From Candidatus Gastranaerophilaceae bacterium (GTDB lineage Bacteria > Cyanobacteriota > Vampirovibrionia > Gastranaerophilales > Gastranaerophilaceae): a stretch of 64,000 bases of DNA. The position numbers were made by a program, and so were the translations under genes. Positions 35,540 through 46,430 of this stretch are shown here, one piece after another. The notes beneath the pieces are model-generated. The model made no database searches and was not told where the DNA came from. It saw only the letters and a list, made by a program, of their open reading frames with translations. Position 1 is the stretch's first letter; each line of letters begins with the position of its first letter. The stretch covers positions 587 to 64,586 of the forward strand of contig JAZNBJ010000037.1 in assembly GCA_045586965.1 (NCBI GenBank). The letters are read 5' to 3'.

Positions 35540-38500
35540 TCAAATTAGAGAATATCTATAAGTTGTTGTAATTGACGGTATTCTAAATGTAGAATAACCA
35601 TCAGCTTCAAACTCATAAGTACATACTAAATATTTACCTCTCATTCTTGCCGGATAGGACGACGGGTCTTTTAAATCTACCGCCTGTCTAGGCATTGCAA
35701 ACCTATAGCTATCCTCTCTGTAATCAACAACTAAGTCTGTTATCTTACCTGTTGTCTAATGTTTTGTTTTAAATTCAACACTTTCAACAATGTCACTTCT
35801 TCTATTTTTTGCATAGGGTTCTTTGTCCAAACCGTTTACTTCTGTACCAGTAGTATTAAAGTCACCATGCAATCTTACATTATCAAAAGTCTTAGTTAAC
35901 TCTACGTCTTTGTTCACTACAAACTCTATCTTTGCATTCTTACTAACATTGTTTGTTGGATCTACATCTAATGAATTTACTCTAAAGAATTCATTGTCTT
36001 TTATACCAACAACAGAGTCTGAGAATACTAACGCCCATTGTGGGTTAAAAGTATAAAATGATGTAAATCTACCAACCAACTCATTAAATATCAAAGACTT
36101 GTCATAGAACTTGAACCATACTTCATTATACTTTCTATCGTACAAACCTAAAGTAACATTACGCTTATCAATATACAATTCATTCAAATAAGACTGAACA
36201 AACTTGTTCTTAGACAAAGCGTGTATGTTACCATCATAAGCACAAATCTCATTCTTATCTACGTCATACCAGTAGATGGTACCTATAGTAGTAACAATAC
36301 TTCTGTCATTTACTATAGATGAACCATTGCTTGTAGTAATATAATCGTATCTATCAAGTATGCCACCTGTACCCAATGTTAACTGACCAATATTATTATC
36401 TGTAATTAATGATCTTTCATTAACGGAAGCAATACCTAGCGCAGTATCTTGGAAGAAGAATAACTTATCTTTGAATCCAACCAAATTAGTAATACCACCC
36501 CATTGACTGTCAACGTCCAAGTAATTAGCAACTTTAAATGTAGTCCAGGCATCTAATACTTCATTGTTAATCTTTACTTCAGATGAATAAATTCTATCAG
36601 AAGAATGTAGATTGTCTATAGAATAAATAGAAGCTGGTACGTATTGTCTACTGCCATTTTGATTTGAATACACAGGATTATACAAGTAGTAAGGTCTATC
36701 TTGTACATGATAGGTTCCTTTTTGAGTTATATCTGTCTATAGGTGTGTGTCAAGATAACTTGAATTATAGTTTGTTCCATCTAAGACACCTCCTGAATTA
36801 TCCCACAAACCGCCTCTATAACTCCTGTGAGCCATATCTCCATTGAACAAATTCATATTGATACTAGACTCAAAAGGAATATAACAACCAACATAATGTT
36901 TCTTCTATGCGTCGACGGCTTCATCGTTTGCTTGAAATGTTGCTGTAAATATATAATCCAACAAATTAAGATATGTATCTCCACCATAAGTCACACACGT
37001 TTGATAATTACCATCTGTTTGTATGTTTTTATATCCGCCTGTTGGAATATATACAGAATTCTGTCTACTAGTGTAAGTTATGCCACCGTAAGGAGTAACG
37101 TTCCTTTTTACATTAAAAACAGGTAAAGCATTTACGTAATCCACGTCGTTACCAACATAACTACTGCCATCTAATTTGGATAAAACAGAACTTTGACTCA
37201 ATACTGGTAATTCTCTTGATGTTTTCACAACTAAACACGGACCACCAGGACCTGTGATCGTTTGAGAGTTTGTAACACTAAAATGACTCATATTCCAGTT
37301 GGTAAACAACTTTTCACCAACATTTATTCGATGTGGCAGTACACCGGAACTATAAGAATTGTAAGATATTATAGGTGGATATTTTGCTTCCTATATTATT
37401 GTTGGTATTGTATAATCGTTATCAGAAGATACAATGTCGTAATACTTAGCGATAGATCCTGCATAACTTGTATCAACATCGTCACCGCTTTCGGTACGAT
37501 ACCCCCAAGGTAATTGAAAAACAACTTGAATATTTGTTGTTACACCATCTCTTCTAATACACGTCCAGTTACTATGAGAATCTACATAATGCTCTTTTCC
37601 AGTAGACTGCAAAACCCAAGACGGAGCTGCAAAAGTTCTAGATTTATCTGTGCAATACATTCCTCCGTTATTTTCATACAAACTAGCATAACGGTCTGGA
37701 TACACACTACCTTCTGCTGTATCTATGTGTGATATAGCAAAGTATAAATGATCTAATTTACTAGAAGATCCCAAGTACGTCTCAATCTATTCTTGCTGCA
37801 GACATATTTCTGGAGAGAACATTTTGAAGTATTGCGTTTCTCTTTCTGTTCTCATTGCAATGGATTCTGTACCTTTCTTGTATGTAATAAGAGCATCGTT
37901 CGTAAATGCCGGAAGTACATGAGATCTCATTTCAATGGAATCAGCTAACTAAGAACCAGTTCCAACTTTTCCATCCTACTCTTGTATAGAATAAGAGTAA
38001 AGATTAGATAAAGCGCATTGCATCAACACACTTCTATCTTGTTCTGTTCTATCACATCTTACTATTTCATAAGCAGTCGTACCTTCTGGAAGATTTCTTA
38101 TGTAGAACATTAGACCAAGAGCCTATCCTTCAACTAGATATTTTCCGTCGTTATATTTTTTTGTAAACGGATTGCATTGCGAAGCGTGTGGAAATCTAAT
38201 ATCTCCAATCCAATGTACGGGGCTTGGTAACGATTTGTCGTTATACAAAACAATACCAAACCGATACACCTCATCTCTGTTATATCCAGTTAATTCTGAA
38301 GCTATGACAGGATCTGAATAATTTGGGATTCTACCTATGTTTCCGTCAGCAAACTGATGTACAACACTAAAACTATAATCTCCCGGAGATGAAAGTTCCA
38401 CCTAAGACATTACAACGCTATTTGTACTCATGAAAGGGTTCACAGAACTTCTTTGAGTTTCCTCATCTGTAAGTTTTATAGGAGCTGTTACGAATTTATA

Positions 38501-39801
38501 AGACACGTTTATACCGGTCCCACCAAACATTCCATCTAGATCACGATCATATCTTTGCGATAGCTAAGTGCTCCAAAAATCCAAATTGTTATACGGATTG
38601 ATACAATCGTGTTGATTCGGTATGTTTAAATCCTATATTGATTGTATGTTTTCAACTGCGTTTGCAATAATAGAAGATCCGTCAGAGCTATCCAATCTTA
38701 GTTGTTTGTCTGTATTAAAACGATAGGCTCTAGCATCCCAATCAGGATTCCAAGTATCCTCTGTTACATTTGCTGCAAACAGTCTATTCTATAACTTAGT
38801 AATAGTCTTAGCAAAGAACTGATAACCAACCAAATTGTTAAATTCATCTATAGTAATCTCACCAAGGAACGCATTACCTGAATCAACATATGAAATTGTA
38901 TTTGTATTTTTATCAATATCAATTTCATCTACAATTACAATCCTAGGTATAGAATTATTATCAGTATATCTGATACTAATAATTCTACATTTGGTAAAGT
39001 CTTTTGTTATTAATTCAGCTTCTACCTTACATGATTTGCCAGAAGAATTACCAGGATAATCTCCTTGATAATCTTGACTGTTTTGATTTGTAGTACTAGA
39101 AGTAAGATGTACCAATGGGCTCATTGGCGATAATGTTGTTTCACTACCCCTTAAATTAAACAATTGATAGCAGTATTGAACTACACCAACCGGTAAATTA
39201 CCAACACCCAATCCGGCAATTTTGAATGGAGTTAATACGGCACCAGGAGTAATATCCAACGCTTTTGCATTCTTAATAAAACCGTCAGCGTCAACAACAT
39301 CAGTATTAGCGTCAACATACTTATCTTCAACGATATTCAATTGTTTGATAGCACTGTTACCATCAGTAAAGTAGATCTTGATAACCTAATCACTTTCATA
39401 GTTACTTACTATTGATAAGTTTGGTGTAACACTTCTATCTTGACACAAACCAAGCATACCTTTTAGTATGGTAATAATTGTAAGTTCTTTAGTATCAAAG
39501 CCTTCTATACGATACACCCTGTTAATAACATCTGCACCAGTACCTTCTGCTGTAATAACAATTCCGTAATTATGAATACTACTTGTACCGATTACTTCTT
39601 CATCTTTACCAATTACATCACTTGCCAGTAAGTATTTTTCAACACCTTCTATATTCTAAAGTACACCACTTGTACCGTTATCATTAGTCATGATACGTAC
39701 ATTCTCTGCGTACCTGTATTCTCCTTCAGGTGTTAAAGCAACGTCATAATCCATATTCATTCCGCTGCCAAAGGTGTTTATTTGTGCTGTTGTACTTATC
39801 A
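35540..39801 (-). CDS. large tail protein (about 1,420 codons; muzzle/stabilisation-type position), with a frame break near its 5' end
   Basis: The frame is open from 39724 to TGA 35542-35540 with 14 in-frame TAGs. It joins track ORFs 35756-36685, 36905-37309, 37391-37774, 38123-38401 and 38789-39340. ATG 39801 opens a 37-codon ORF in the adjacent frame that merges naturally at a GGAAAT run (about 39720). The alternative start is ATG 39691. Confidence 0.65.
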
Positions 39802-39825
39802 TAACTAATTATAAATATTTTGTTC

Positions 39826-40719
39826 TTCACCAGTAGTACTCATGAAAGTATCCTGGTCATTTATTTCTGGATATAACTTATGCCATGTGTTAGATATAGT
39901 TGACATGTCATCTACGCCAGTAGGTAACATTGCTTCAGCATAAGCTTGTTTACGATAGAAGTTCCATGAATTCTATGCATCATAGTATATTCTATCTGAA
40001 ACCAATCCTCTTAATCTCTTTGGGTAAAGTAACTTAGTTGTTACATACCAAAATATAGCTTCCTTAAACGATTCCATGTCAGGTATCATTGGCATACCTT
40101 CGTCATCTGTATATATTGCATAGTATTGTATCTTAACAAATCCTTCTGGCATATTAGTGACAATATATCCAGGCTTTGTCATATACTGCAAATCATTACT
40201 AAACATTGTACCGTCTTTGTGTCCACCGCCCAAGTAAGCACCGTTAACAGTATTTACAGTATGTCTGTTAAGCAAAGTACTAAGTGTTTTTCTTAAGTCT
40301 GGGTCTTCATTCAACTTATCTAATGCTTCTCTATCTGTACTTATGTTGAACATTGACTTAACTAAAGGAAACAACTTATTATCTTGAAATAACATGCCGC
40401 CAACAGTACTACTACAGTTATTATCGTGATATAAACCAAAGCTAGAAGTACACTTTCTCATTGGCAACCATCCGCCGTTACAAAACGAAAAAGCAACCTA
40501 TCCTAATTTGTATAAGTCGCAAGGCAGTGCAGCTTGATGACCTTTGACTGGTAATACTGCAACTTTGTGTTCATATTGTTGTATTGCACCTATCTTAAGT
40601 AAACCTTCAAGGATATATTCTTTTATATCTGTAATAGGTAAATCACTTTCAGGCAACTAAAGATCTGCAATCACTTTTGCTATAATTGATTTTGAACTAA
40701 TTAATCTATTATGTATCAT
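39826..40719 (-). CDS. structural protein, unknown function (297 aa)
   Basis: The frame runs from ATG 40719 to TGA 39826 with in-frame TAGs at 40657, 40498 and 39973. It has an ATGA overlap with the upstream gene. Confidence 0.65.
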
Positions 40720-41180
40720 TTCTCTATAAAATCTATGTTACCTGCAAAAATTATTTTAGCTAGGTTGCGTTTATTATCTCTTGTTGCTACAAACTAATAT
40801 TTACTTTTATTGGCAGTCAAACAATTCTGTTTACTCCAAAAGAATCTGAATTTGTATTCGTTACTATGTAGATTAAGTAAGTATACTGGTTTACCTGCTT
40901 CCTTTGTTGCTTTCCAGTCCCATCTTAAACTCTTACCTGTATATTCCTTTGGTTTATGTTTCACTATCTATAAGGTTCCTAATCTACACGGTAATTTAAC
41001 TTCTCTACTTTCCAACATAATCTAATCTCTTAGAAACTATAAGTATTCTACCAGAATAGCTTTGTATGTTTTCAAGTTAACATCATAAACAGTACCTTCT
41101 TCTATCTTACTTTTGTAGTCCAGATAGAAGTCAGCTATTGTATAACTCTTGCGTCGGTAATTTATCTTTTCTTCTATCAT
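40716..41180 (-). CDS. small protein, possibly HU/IHF-like DNA-binding (154 aa)
   Basis: The frame runs from ATG 41180 to TGA 40716 with 4 in-frame TAGs. The ORF track misses it entirely. VKLPCRLGTLQIVKHKP resembles the HU/IHF beta-arm entry, and crAss-like structural modules are known to carry an IHF-like gene. The functional call is weak. Confidence 0.45.
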
Positions 41181-41935
41181 TGTTTCTTATAAATATTTTG
41201 AGTATTGTCTTCTGTGTTGTTAACAACATCACTTGGCTATGGTAGCATAAACCTTAATTCTCTATCCATGATTAATTGTGTTAGAGTAGGTATCATTGCT
41301 CCTGGCATTGGATAATCTTCATCTGGGTTATAACAGTCTGTAGCTGTAGGATCTTCTGCAACAACATCAACACTGACGTATTCAATTTGATTGCTATCTC
41401 CTTCTACATGAACTCTATTGTCTTTTATCCAAGCTATATAATCACCACAAGTAGCTTTACGATACTTTTGAAACTTAGCTTTAGTTGCACTACCAAGTTG
41501 TATTGGGTTTCCATACATATCACGTACTGCAATTACACCAGATCTCTTATGTGATCCAATAAGTGTTGGCAACTCTTTATCACCAACATATGTTATCTTT
41601 CCAGGTGACGTTTCTACTGCGTCCAGGTGAATAGGCTCTATTGTACTAATAAAAGCATCATCTATTTCACCGTCTTTATCTAATTGCTGTTTAATTAAAA
41701 AAGCTCTGTAGCCTTTTATCCACAGCTCAATCTAATGTCTACTGAGGTGTTCTGATTCACCTATATTACTATTTCTAGCAATCAGTAGAATGTTATCAAT
41801 CAAGTTATTTAAAGACATGTCTATATTATATTTAACGTTAATATGCCTTAAACGCATTTTAAGCCGTTCTAAGACACTTTCTTTGCTTCTATGTACAAAT
41901 GGCCACAAAACATAATAGCGTTTATTACAGAGCAT
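41177..41935 (-). CDS. structural-module protein (252 aa)
   Basis: The frame runs from ATG 41935 to TGA 41177 with TAGs at 41732 and 41237. It joins track ORFs 41732-41935 and 41237-41572. It has an ATGA overlap with the next gene. Confidence 0.65.
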
Positions 41936-41943
41936 ATAAACAT

Positions 41944-41973
41944 AAAAAAAAGGTTAGCTTTTTTAGCTAACCT
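41944..41973 (-). terminator. strong Rho-independent terminator (minus strand)
   Basis: A 9-bp stem (AGGTTAGCT/AGCTAACCT) with a 5-nt loop. On the minus strand it is followed by T8 (A-run 41944-41951 on +). The TAA of the upstream gene lies inside the stem. Confidence 0.8.
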
Positions 41974-42424
41974 TAATTGTTTCAATATCTTCTTTCTGTT
42001 CAGGGACTGCATGTCTCTAAGGCTATTCTCTAAGTAACCCAAGTATGTCCTAACATTTTTTAATCTCATTCTTATAAAACTCGATTGCTTTAATCTTGGA
42101 CTCGTATTCTTTACATTGATTTGTAACCTAAGTAATGAGTTCATTCTTATTAGTAGACACAGTAAGTCCAATAACACTATCTGTAATTGTCGACTTGTCT
42201 GCACCAACTGTCAGTTTTTTAGATACACCTTCACAGCTAATTGTAATATCTATTAACTTTCTCTTAACAGTTTGAGCCATGTAGGGATTGGGATTTGACA
42301 TATCATCGTACTATCCACTAATCTAAGTAATCGTACCGATGTTATACGTATTAACTTTTCTAAACGTTCCGGCATTCTCCAATATATAAATACTATCACC
42401 GATTTTTAAATCTTTAAATTCCAT
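41963..42424 (-). CDS. small protein (153 aa), very TAG-dense
   Basis: The frame runs from ATG 42424 to TAA 41963, verified codon by codon, with 6 in-frame TAGs (42323, 42311, 42128, 42050, 42023, 42017). The track instead reports an out-of-frame ORF at 41869-42207. Confidence 0.6.
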
Positions 42425-42438
42425 AAGCAAAAGGTTTA

Positions 42439-42456
42439 GGGGGTGTTGCCACCCCC
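42439..42456 (-). terminator. GC-rich hairpin after gene 42472-42873 (probable terminator)
   Basis: GGGGGTG-TTGC-CACCCCC, followed on the minus strand by TAAACCTTTTGCTT. Confidence 0.5.
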
Positions 42457-42471
42457 TGGTTATAATTAATA

Positions 42472-42873
42472 TTAAGCAGTAACAATGTGGTTAACAACTT
42501 GGAAAACACCGGTATTTTTGTTATAATATATTAAATATCTGTTACCAACTGTAATCTCTGCATTTGTTATTTGATCCCCAGAGCCATTTAACAAAGCTCT
42601 GGCACTAGTCGAGGTTGTAGTTGAGTTAGCTTGACTTAGTGTAAGACTAGTATCAATGTTAACTAAGTAAGCTGCAGTAGCCGTAGCTGGGACTGTGTTT
42701 GCTATATTTAGCAACACAAATCCCTCACACGGTAACCTTCTCCATATCTTAGGGCAAATACCATATGTAACTGTTGTAGCTGTAGTATCAGTAGTTACAT
42801 ACAAAGTATTTACAGGAAAAGTGTGTAACACTCTCAAACCTCTATTGTTATAAGGGTTGAAAGGAAAACTCAT
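42472..42873 (-). CDS. small abundant-looking structural protein (133 aa)
   Basis: ATG 42873 is preceded by a strong Shine-Dalgarno sequence, AGGAGGT (42878-42884). Stop is TAA 42472 and there is no in-frame TAG. A hairpin follows the gene. Confidence 0.65.
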   Translation of the reverse strand: MSFPFNPYNNRGLRVLHTFPVNTLYVTTDTTATTVTYGICPKIWRRLPCEGFVLLNIANTVPATATAAYLVNIDTSLTLSQANSTTTSTSARALLNGSGDQITNAEITVGNRYLIYYNKNTGVFQVVNHIVTA

Positions 42874-42887
42874 AATTACCTCCTTTC

Positions 42888-43805
42888 TTATGCACAACAA
42901 CCACCGTTTACATAACCATTATAACCATATACGTTGCCATTATAGCTGTCGTATGGGTTACATGTTAAGTATGCTGGTATAGGACAAGGACGAATCTTGC
43001 TAACAATGTTTTCAGTCTATGTTTGTGACAAAGCTGACATTTGATAAGCAGTACGTTCATCACGCAAAGCGTCGATCTTGTTTTGCATTTCACGCATTTC
43101 AGCAGCACGTTGACCAGCTAAGATTTGAGCTGTAGAATCTTTAATGATTTCTTTCAAGTCACATGTTTGCTTTTGAGTTTCATAAGCTACGCTTGAGAAA
43201 CCACGTTCCATGCCATTGTTAACACCGTTAATTGCACTAATCAAAGTATTGGTTTGGTTGCAATTAGCCAATTGGTTTTCATAACCCATCTTCAAAATTG
43301 ATTGTTGGGTATTGCAGCAGCAGTCTTTGATTGCAGTGATAATACCACAGTCACCTTGGTTAACTGCGTTAATTACACGTTCTGCGCTGAAACCAACTTG
43401 TCCAGATACCTTGTCAATGGCACCTTGTACTGCACATATTGCTGAATTAAGAGTGTTGAAATCACAGTTGAGGGTAGTAGCCAACTGACCGATAGCAACA
43501 TTGTTACCCTTAATAGCATCCATGAGCAAGCTACTGTTTTGGTTATCGGCAATAGTTTCTTGAATAGTTTGCAATTGATTGTCTACACAACCAAAGGCAC
43601 CATTTCTACCATTCATGCCGTTGTTGCCCCAAAGAGCCCAAAGTAAGATGATCCATAACCATCCACCGTTTCCACCAAAACCACCGTTATTCATCATAGC
43701 CATAAGTGCATAAGGATCACTTATACCTTTATTACCATTCTGTATCAAAGCAGCAAGACCTGCATCGTAACCACGATCTTGCAAAATTATTCTATCGTCT
43801 AACAT
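42888..43805 (-). CDS. membrane-anchored Cys-rich coiled-coil protein (305 aa)
   Basis: The frame runs from ATG 43805 to TAA 42888 with one TAG at 43017. It has a Gly-rich segment, then a TM helix (GGWLWIILLWALWG), then multiple Cys clusters (DCCCN, ...GGCCA at the C-terminus). Confidence 0.65.
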
Positions 43806-43830
43806 AATTGATTTGTTTTAAATTGATTTA

Positions 43831-44412
43831 TTAATATCTCATATAGCGTACAGCACGCATACGTCCACGACTAGCATAATGATTTTTTGATTCATATTCA
43901 TCATCTTCATCGTCGTCATAATCATAGTCATCTGTATGATAACGTCCCATTACACTTCCAGAGGCATACATTCTTCCACGTCCTCTACGAGCATAGTGTG
44001 GAACATATTCTTCTTCATACTCTTCTTCGTCTTCTTCTTCGTGGTATGCATCACACATAACGTACTTGAAATACATCCACATCTTACCTGTTTCAATATC
44101 TTTGTCATTTAACCAAGCTTTAGTGAGTTCCACAAAGTGTTTTACATTATCGCTACCAGTCATGTTGACGATAGCTTTGTAGAAGTCTGAACGAACCATG
44201 TTAAGTGCAACGAACCAGTCGTATTTATTAAACTTGTCACCCTTGATGTTCACACCAAATTGTTGAGCAATTTGAGCAGCTTCTTCTATTGACCAATGAG
44301 CACCGGTTGATCCGTCTTCGTTGCGCATCTTAGCTACTGCCTTTTCTGCGCACTTCTCATTGAAATGCTTACCGTACATCCTTTCGTGACGTTCCAACTT
44401 CATTTTATCCAT
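43831..44412 (-). CDS. protein with acidic and Arg-rich repeats (193 aa)
   Basis: Intact ATG..TAA ORF without TAG. The C-terminal half alternates acidic runs (EEEDEEEYEEE, DDYDYDDDEDDE) with repeated HYARRGRGRMY / HYASRGRMRAVRY. Confidence 0.7.
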   Translation of the reverse strand: MDKMKLERHERMYGKHFNEKCAEKAVAKMRNEDGSTGAHWSIEEAAQIAQQFGVNIKGDKFNKYDWFVALNMVRSDFYKAIVNMTGSDNVKHFVELTKAWLNDKDIETGKMWMYFKYVMCDAYHEEEDEEEYEEEYVPHYARRGRGRMYASGSVMGRYHTDDYDYDDDEDDEYESKNHYASRGRMRAVRYMRY

Positions 44413-44442
44413 ATTGATTATACTTTATTGAGTTAATAATTA

Positions 44443-45075
44443 TTATTGTGTAATATTTATTACACGGGTATCACTCGTAATAATTAAGTCATTGCTGTTA
44501 TGTATTTGATACTTGCTGTTAGTTATCTTCTTGAAATCAAAGTGTAAGAGTCTTGAGAACCAGTTTTTGTATTTACGTTTGTATTCTTTTTTGGCAGTAA
44601 CGAACAGTGTCTATTCGTTTTGTATTTCTAACTTAGTAGTTAGTACACTGTCTTTCTTATTGATAGTTATTGATGTTAATTCATTAGGTTTGATAACCTC
44701 ACAGAAGTCACAACCTTTTACTATTACGGTTGTATCATGACGTATGACTTGACTCTGTTTCTATAATTGTCTCAGCTCTTTATCTTTGATTTTTAATTTC
44801 TTCTAAGTTGCAAGCAACTCCTAAACAACGCTATCTTTACTCTACTTAAGGTCATCCAAAGTAAGTGTTAGTGTTCTGTTGTCTTCGGCAATTCCTGCAG
44901 CTTTATTTTCATAATACAGACAATTGTTATATAACTTGTCTATTTCCTATTCTTTATTCTTTAGTTGTTTATGCTATAAAAACAAAAAAGCAGAGAGTAT
45001 CATAATGATAGTCACTGCTAATAATTTGCGATTACTGATAAACCAACTAATTAACTTCGTTAATACTGGTATCAT
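44443..45075 (-). CDS. i-spanin-like protein (N-terminal TM helix + coiled coil, 210 aa)
   Basis: ATG 45075 forms an ATGA overlap with the holin stop. Stop is TAA 44443 and there are 7 in-frame TAGs. The TM helix is LLAVTIIMILSAFLFL, followed by a K/E/Q/L-rich coiled coil. The track misses it. Confidence 0.55.
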
Positions 45076-45542
45076 TTTATATGTTCATCTAATATATCTG
45101 AAACGTCTACTTCTAAATATTTATCTGCCTTAGATTTGATAAACTTCTTTAAGATCTTTGTTATGATTGAGTTAGGTTTTAATGCTGCTCTAGCTTCGAG
45201 CATTGAAATGAATTCGGCAAAGCATACACTGCCTGCGGCAGCTTTAGCTAACACCAGGTCTTCATATGTTGCAAATATAAACTTATCTACTAATGTGAAG
45301 CAGGCTATCATCATTGCTGCGAATCCCAGCTTCTCTACGGTTCTCCAAAATTTAACAGATTCAAAATGCTTATTACCAGAAAATTTTCTTGATACCTTGT
45401 AACCAAAGTATAAATCAACAAATATGAAGAGAAATGAAGTGCCAACTAAGGGCACAGCAGGTGCTAGTATAGCTGCTAATCCAGCTATCCAACCACACAC
45501 AGATTGGATACCGTTAGCAAATATACGTTTAACGAATCCCAT
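45072..45542 (-). CDS. holin
   Basis: Three hydrophobic helices are present. FIFVDLYFGYKVSRKF...FESVKFWRTVEKL resembles the phage_holin_4-type motif. ATG 45542 is preceded by AAGGAG. Stop is TGA and there is no in-frame TAG. Confidence 0.65.
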   Translation of the reverse strand: MGFVKRIFANGIQSVCGWIAGLAAILAPAVPLVGTSFLFIFVDLYFGYKVSRKFSGNKHFESVKFWRTVEKLGFAAMMIACFTLVDKFIFATYEDLVLAKAAAGSVCFAEFISMLEARAALKPNSIITKILKKFIKSKADKYLEVDVSDILDEHIK

Positions 45543-45672
45543 TATTTCATAACTCCTTTGTAATATCATAATCAAAAACTCACGAGAAATTTCAGATAGT
45601 TCTCTGTTAGTAATTGTTATAACGCAAATATCAACAATGGGTTCCTATTATATATACTATGTATATTATATA

Positions 45673-45795
45673 TTATAGCGGTTGTTGTGTACGCTTTCTC
45701 ATAGTCTTTCTGCGTACTACTTTAGATTTAGCTCTCAATGAAGTAAATCCAATCTCTTGTATCTTTCTAGATACCATTTCGTCGTATAGTGTCAT
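45673..45795 (-). CDS. possible 40-aa basic peptide
   Basis: A short ATG..TAA ORF (MTLYDEMVSRKIQEIGFTSLRAKSKVVRRKTMRKRTQQPL) between the endolysin and the holin. Nothing supports it beyond the open frame. Confidence 0.25.
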   Translation of the reverse strand: MTLYDEMVSRKIQEIGFTSLRAKSKVVRRKTMRKRTQQPL

Positions 45796-45887
45796 AGTTG
45801 TATGGTTTTATGATTAATAACAAGTTAACAAAACCATATGATAAATAGTTTGATACATTAACACCCAACAAGTTATGATAATAGCGT

Positions 45888-46283
45888 TTATTTTAAATGT
45901 AATATCTGATTTCTATTATTCTTGGTAAAGCTTACATGTATCCAACTGTAATCACTCTCATCAATCAATTGATCAAAAGTAAGGTTATCTCTAATAAGTT
46001 CAAATAACTTCATATTTGCCTTCTTAGATCCAGCTGTAATGTCAGCAGCCTCACCCTTCATATGCTGACTCGTTTTAGAGCCATTTACAGCCTCGTTAAG
46101 CGCTTCTGATCTAAATCCTGAGGAAACCCTTATCGCCTTCTTATAAAGCGATCTGAGAGGATCTAAAACGTATTTAATGAGGTTCATTAAAGCATTGATC
46201 TAATCCCAGTTTGGAATATTCTCAATATCTTTAGATTTAGCCGTATCAGACTAAATCATTTCTTTAAATGTAAAGTATTTCAT
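45888..46283 (-). CDS. endolysin, peptidase M15-type (131 aa)
   Basis: SGFRSEALNEAVNGSKTSQHMKGEAADI matches the M15 SxHxxGxAxD core. The family N-terminus FTFKEMIxSDTAKSKDIENIP is recovered only by reading through TAGs at 46251 and 46200. Stop is TAA. Confidence 0.75.
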
Positions 46284-46426
46284 TTGTCTTTAATTAATCC
46301 ATCTGCAATTAAGTTAGCTAGTATATTCATACTTAATTGCTTATCGTCGTTATCAATCTCTTTTACTTTCTCAGAGATTTCTAGGAGCAGACGATATATC
46401 TGCTCCAGTAATTCTCTATCTGTCAT
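46280..46426 (-). CDS. 48-aa protein translationally coupled to the endolysin
   Basis: ATG 46426..TGA 46280, with an ATGA overlap onto the endolysin start. It has no TM segment and no known function. Confidence 0.4.
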   Translation of the reverse strand: MTDRELLEQIYRLLLEISEKVKEIDNDDKQLSMNILANLIADGLIKDK

Positions 46427-46430
46427 ATTA

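Noticed and set aside
41869-42207. Track ORF 41869-42207 (-) of 112 aa
   Set aside because: It is out of frame with the verified TAG-read-through gene 41963-42424, runs straight through the strong terminator at 41944-41973, and has implausible composition.
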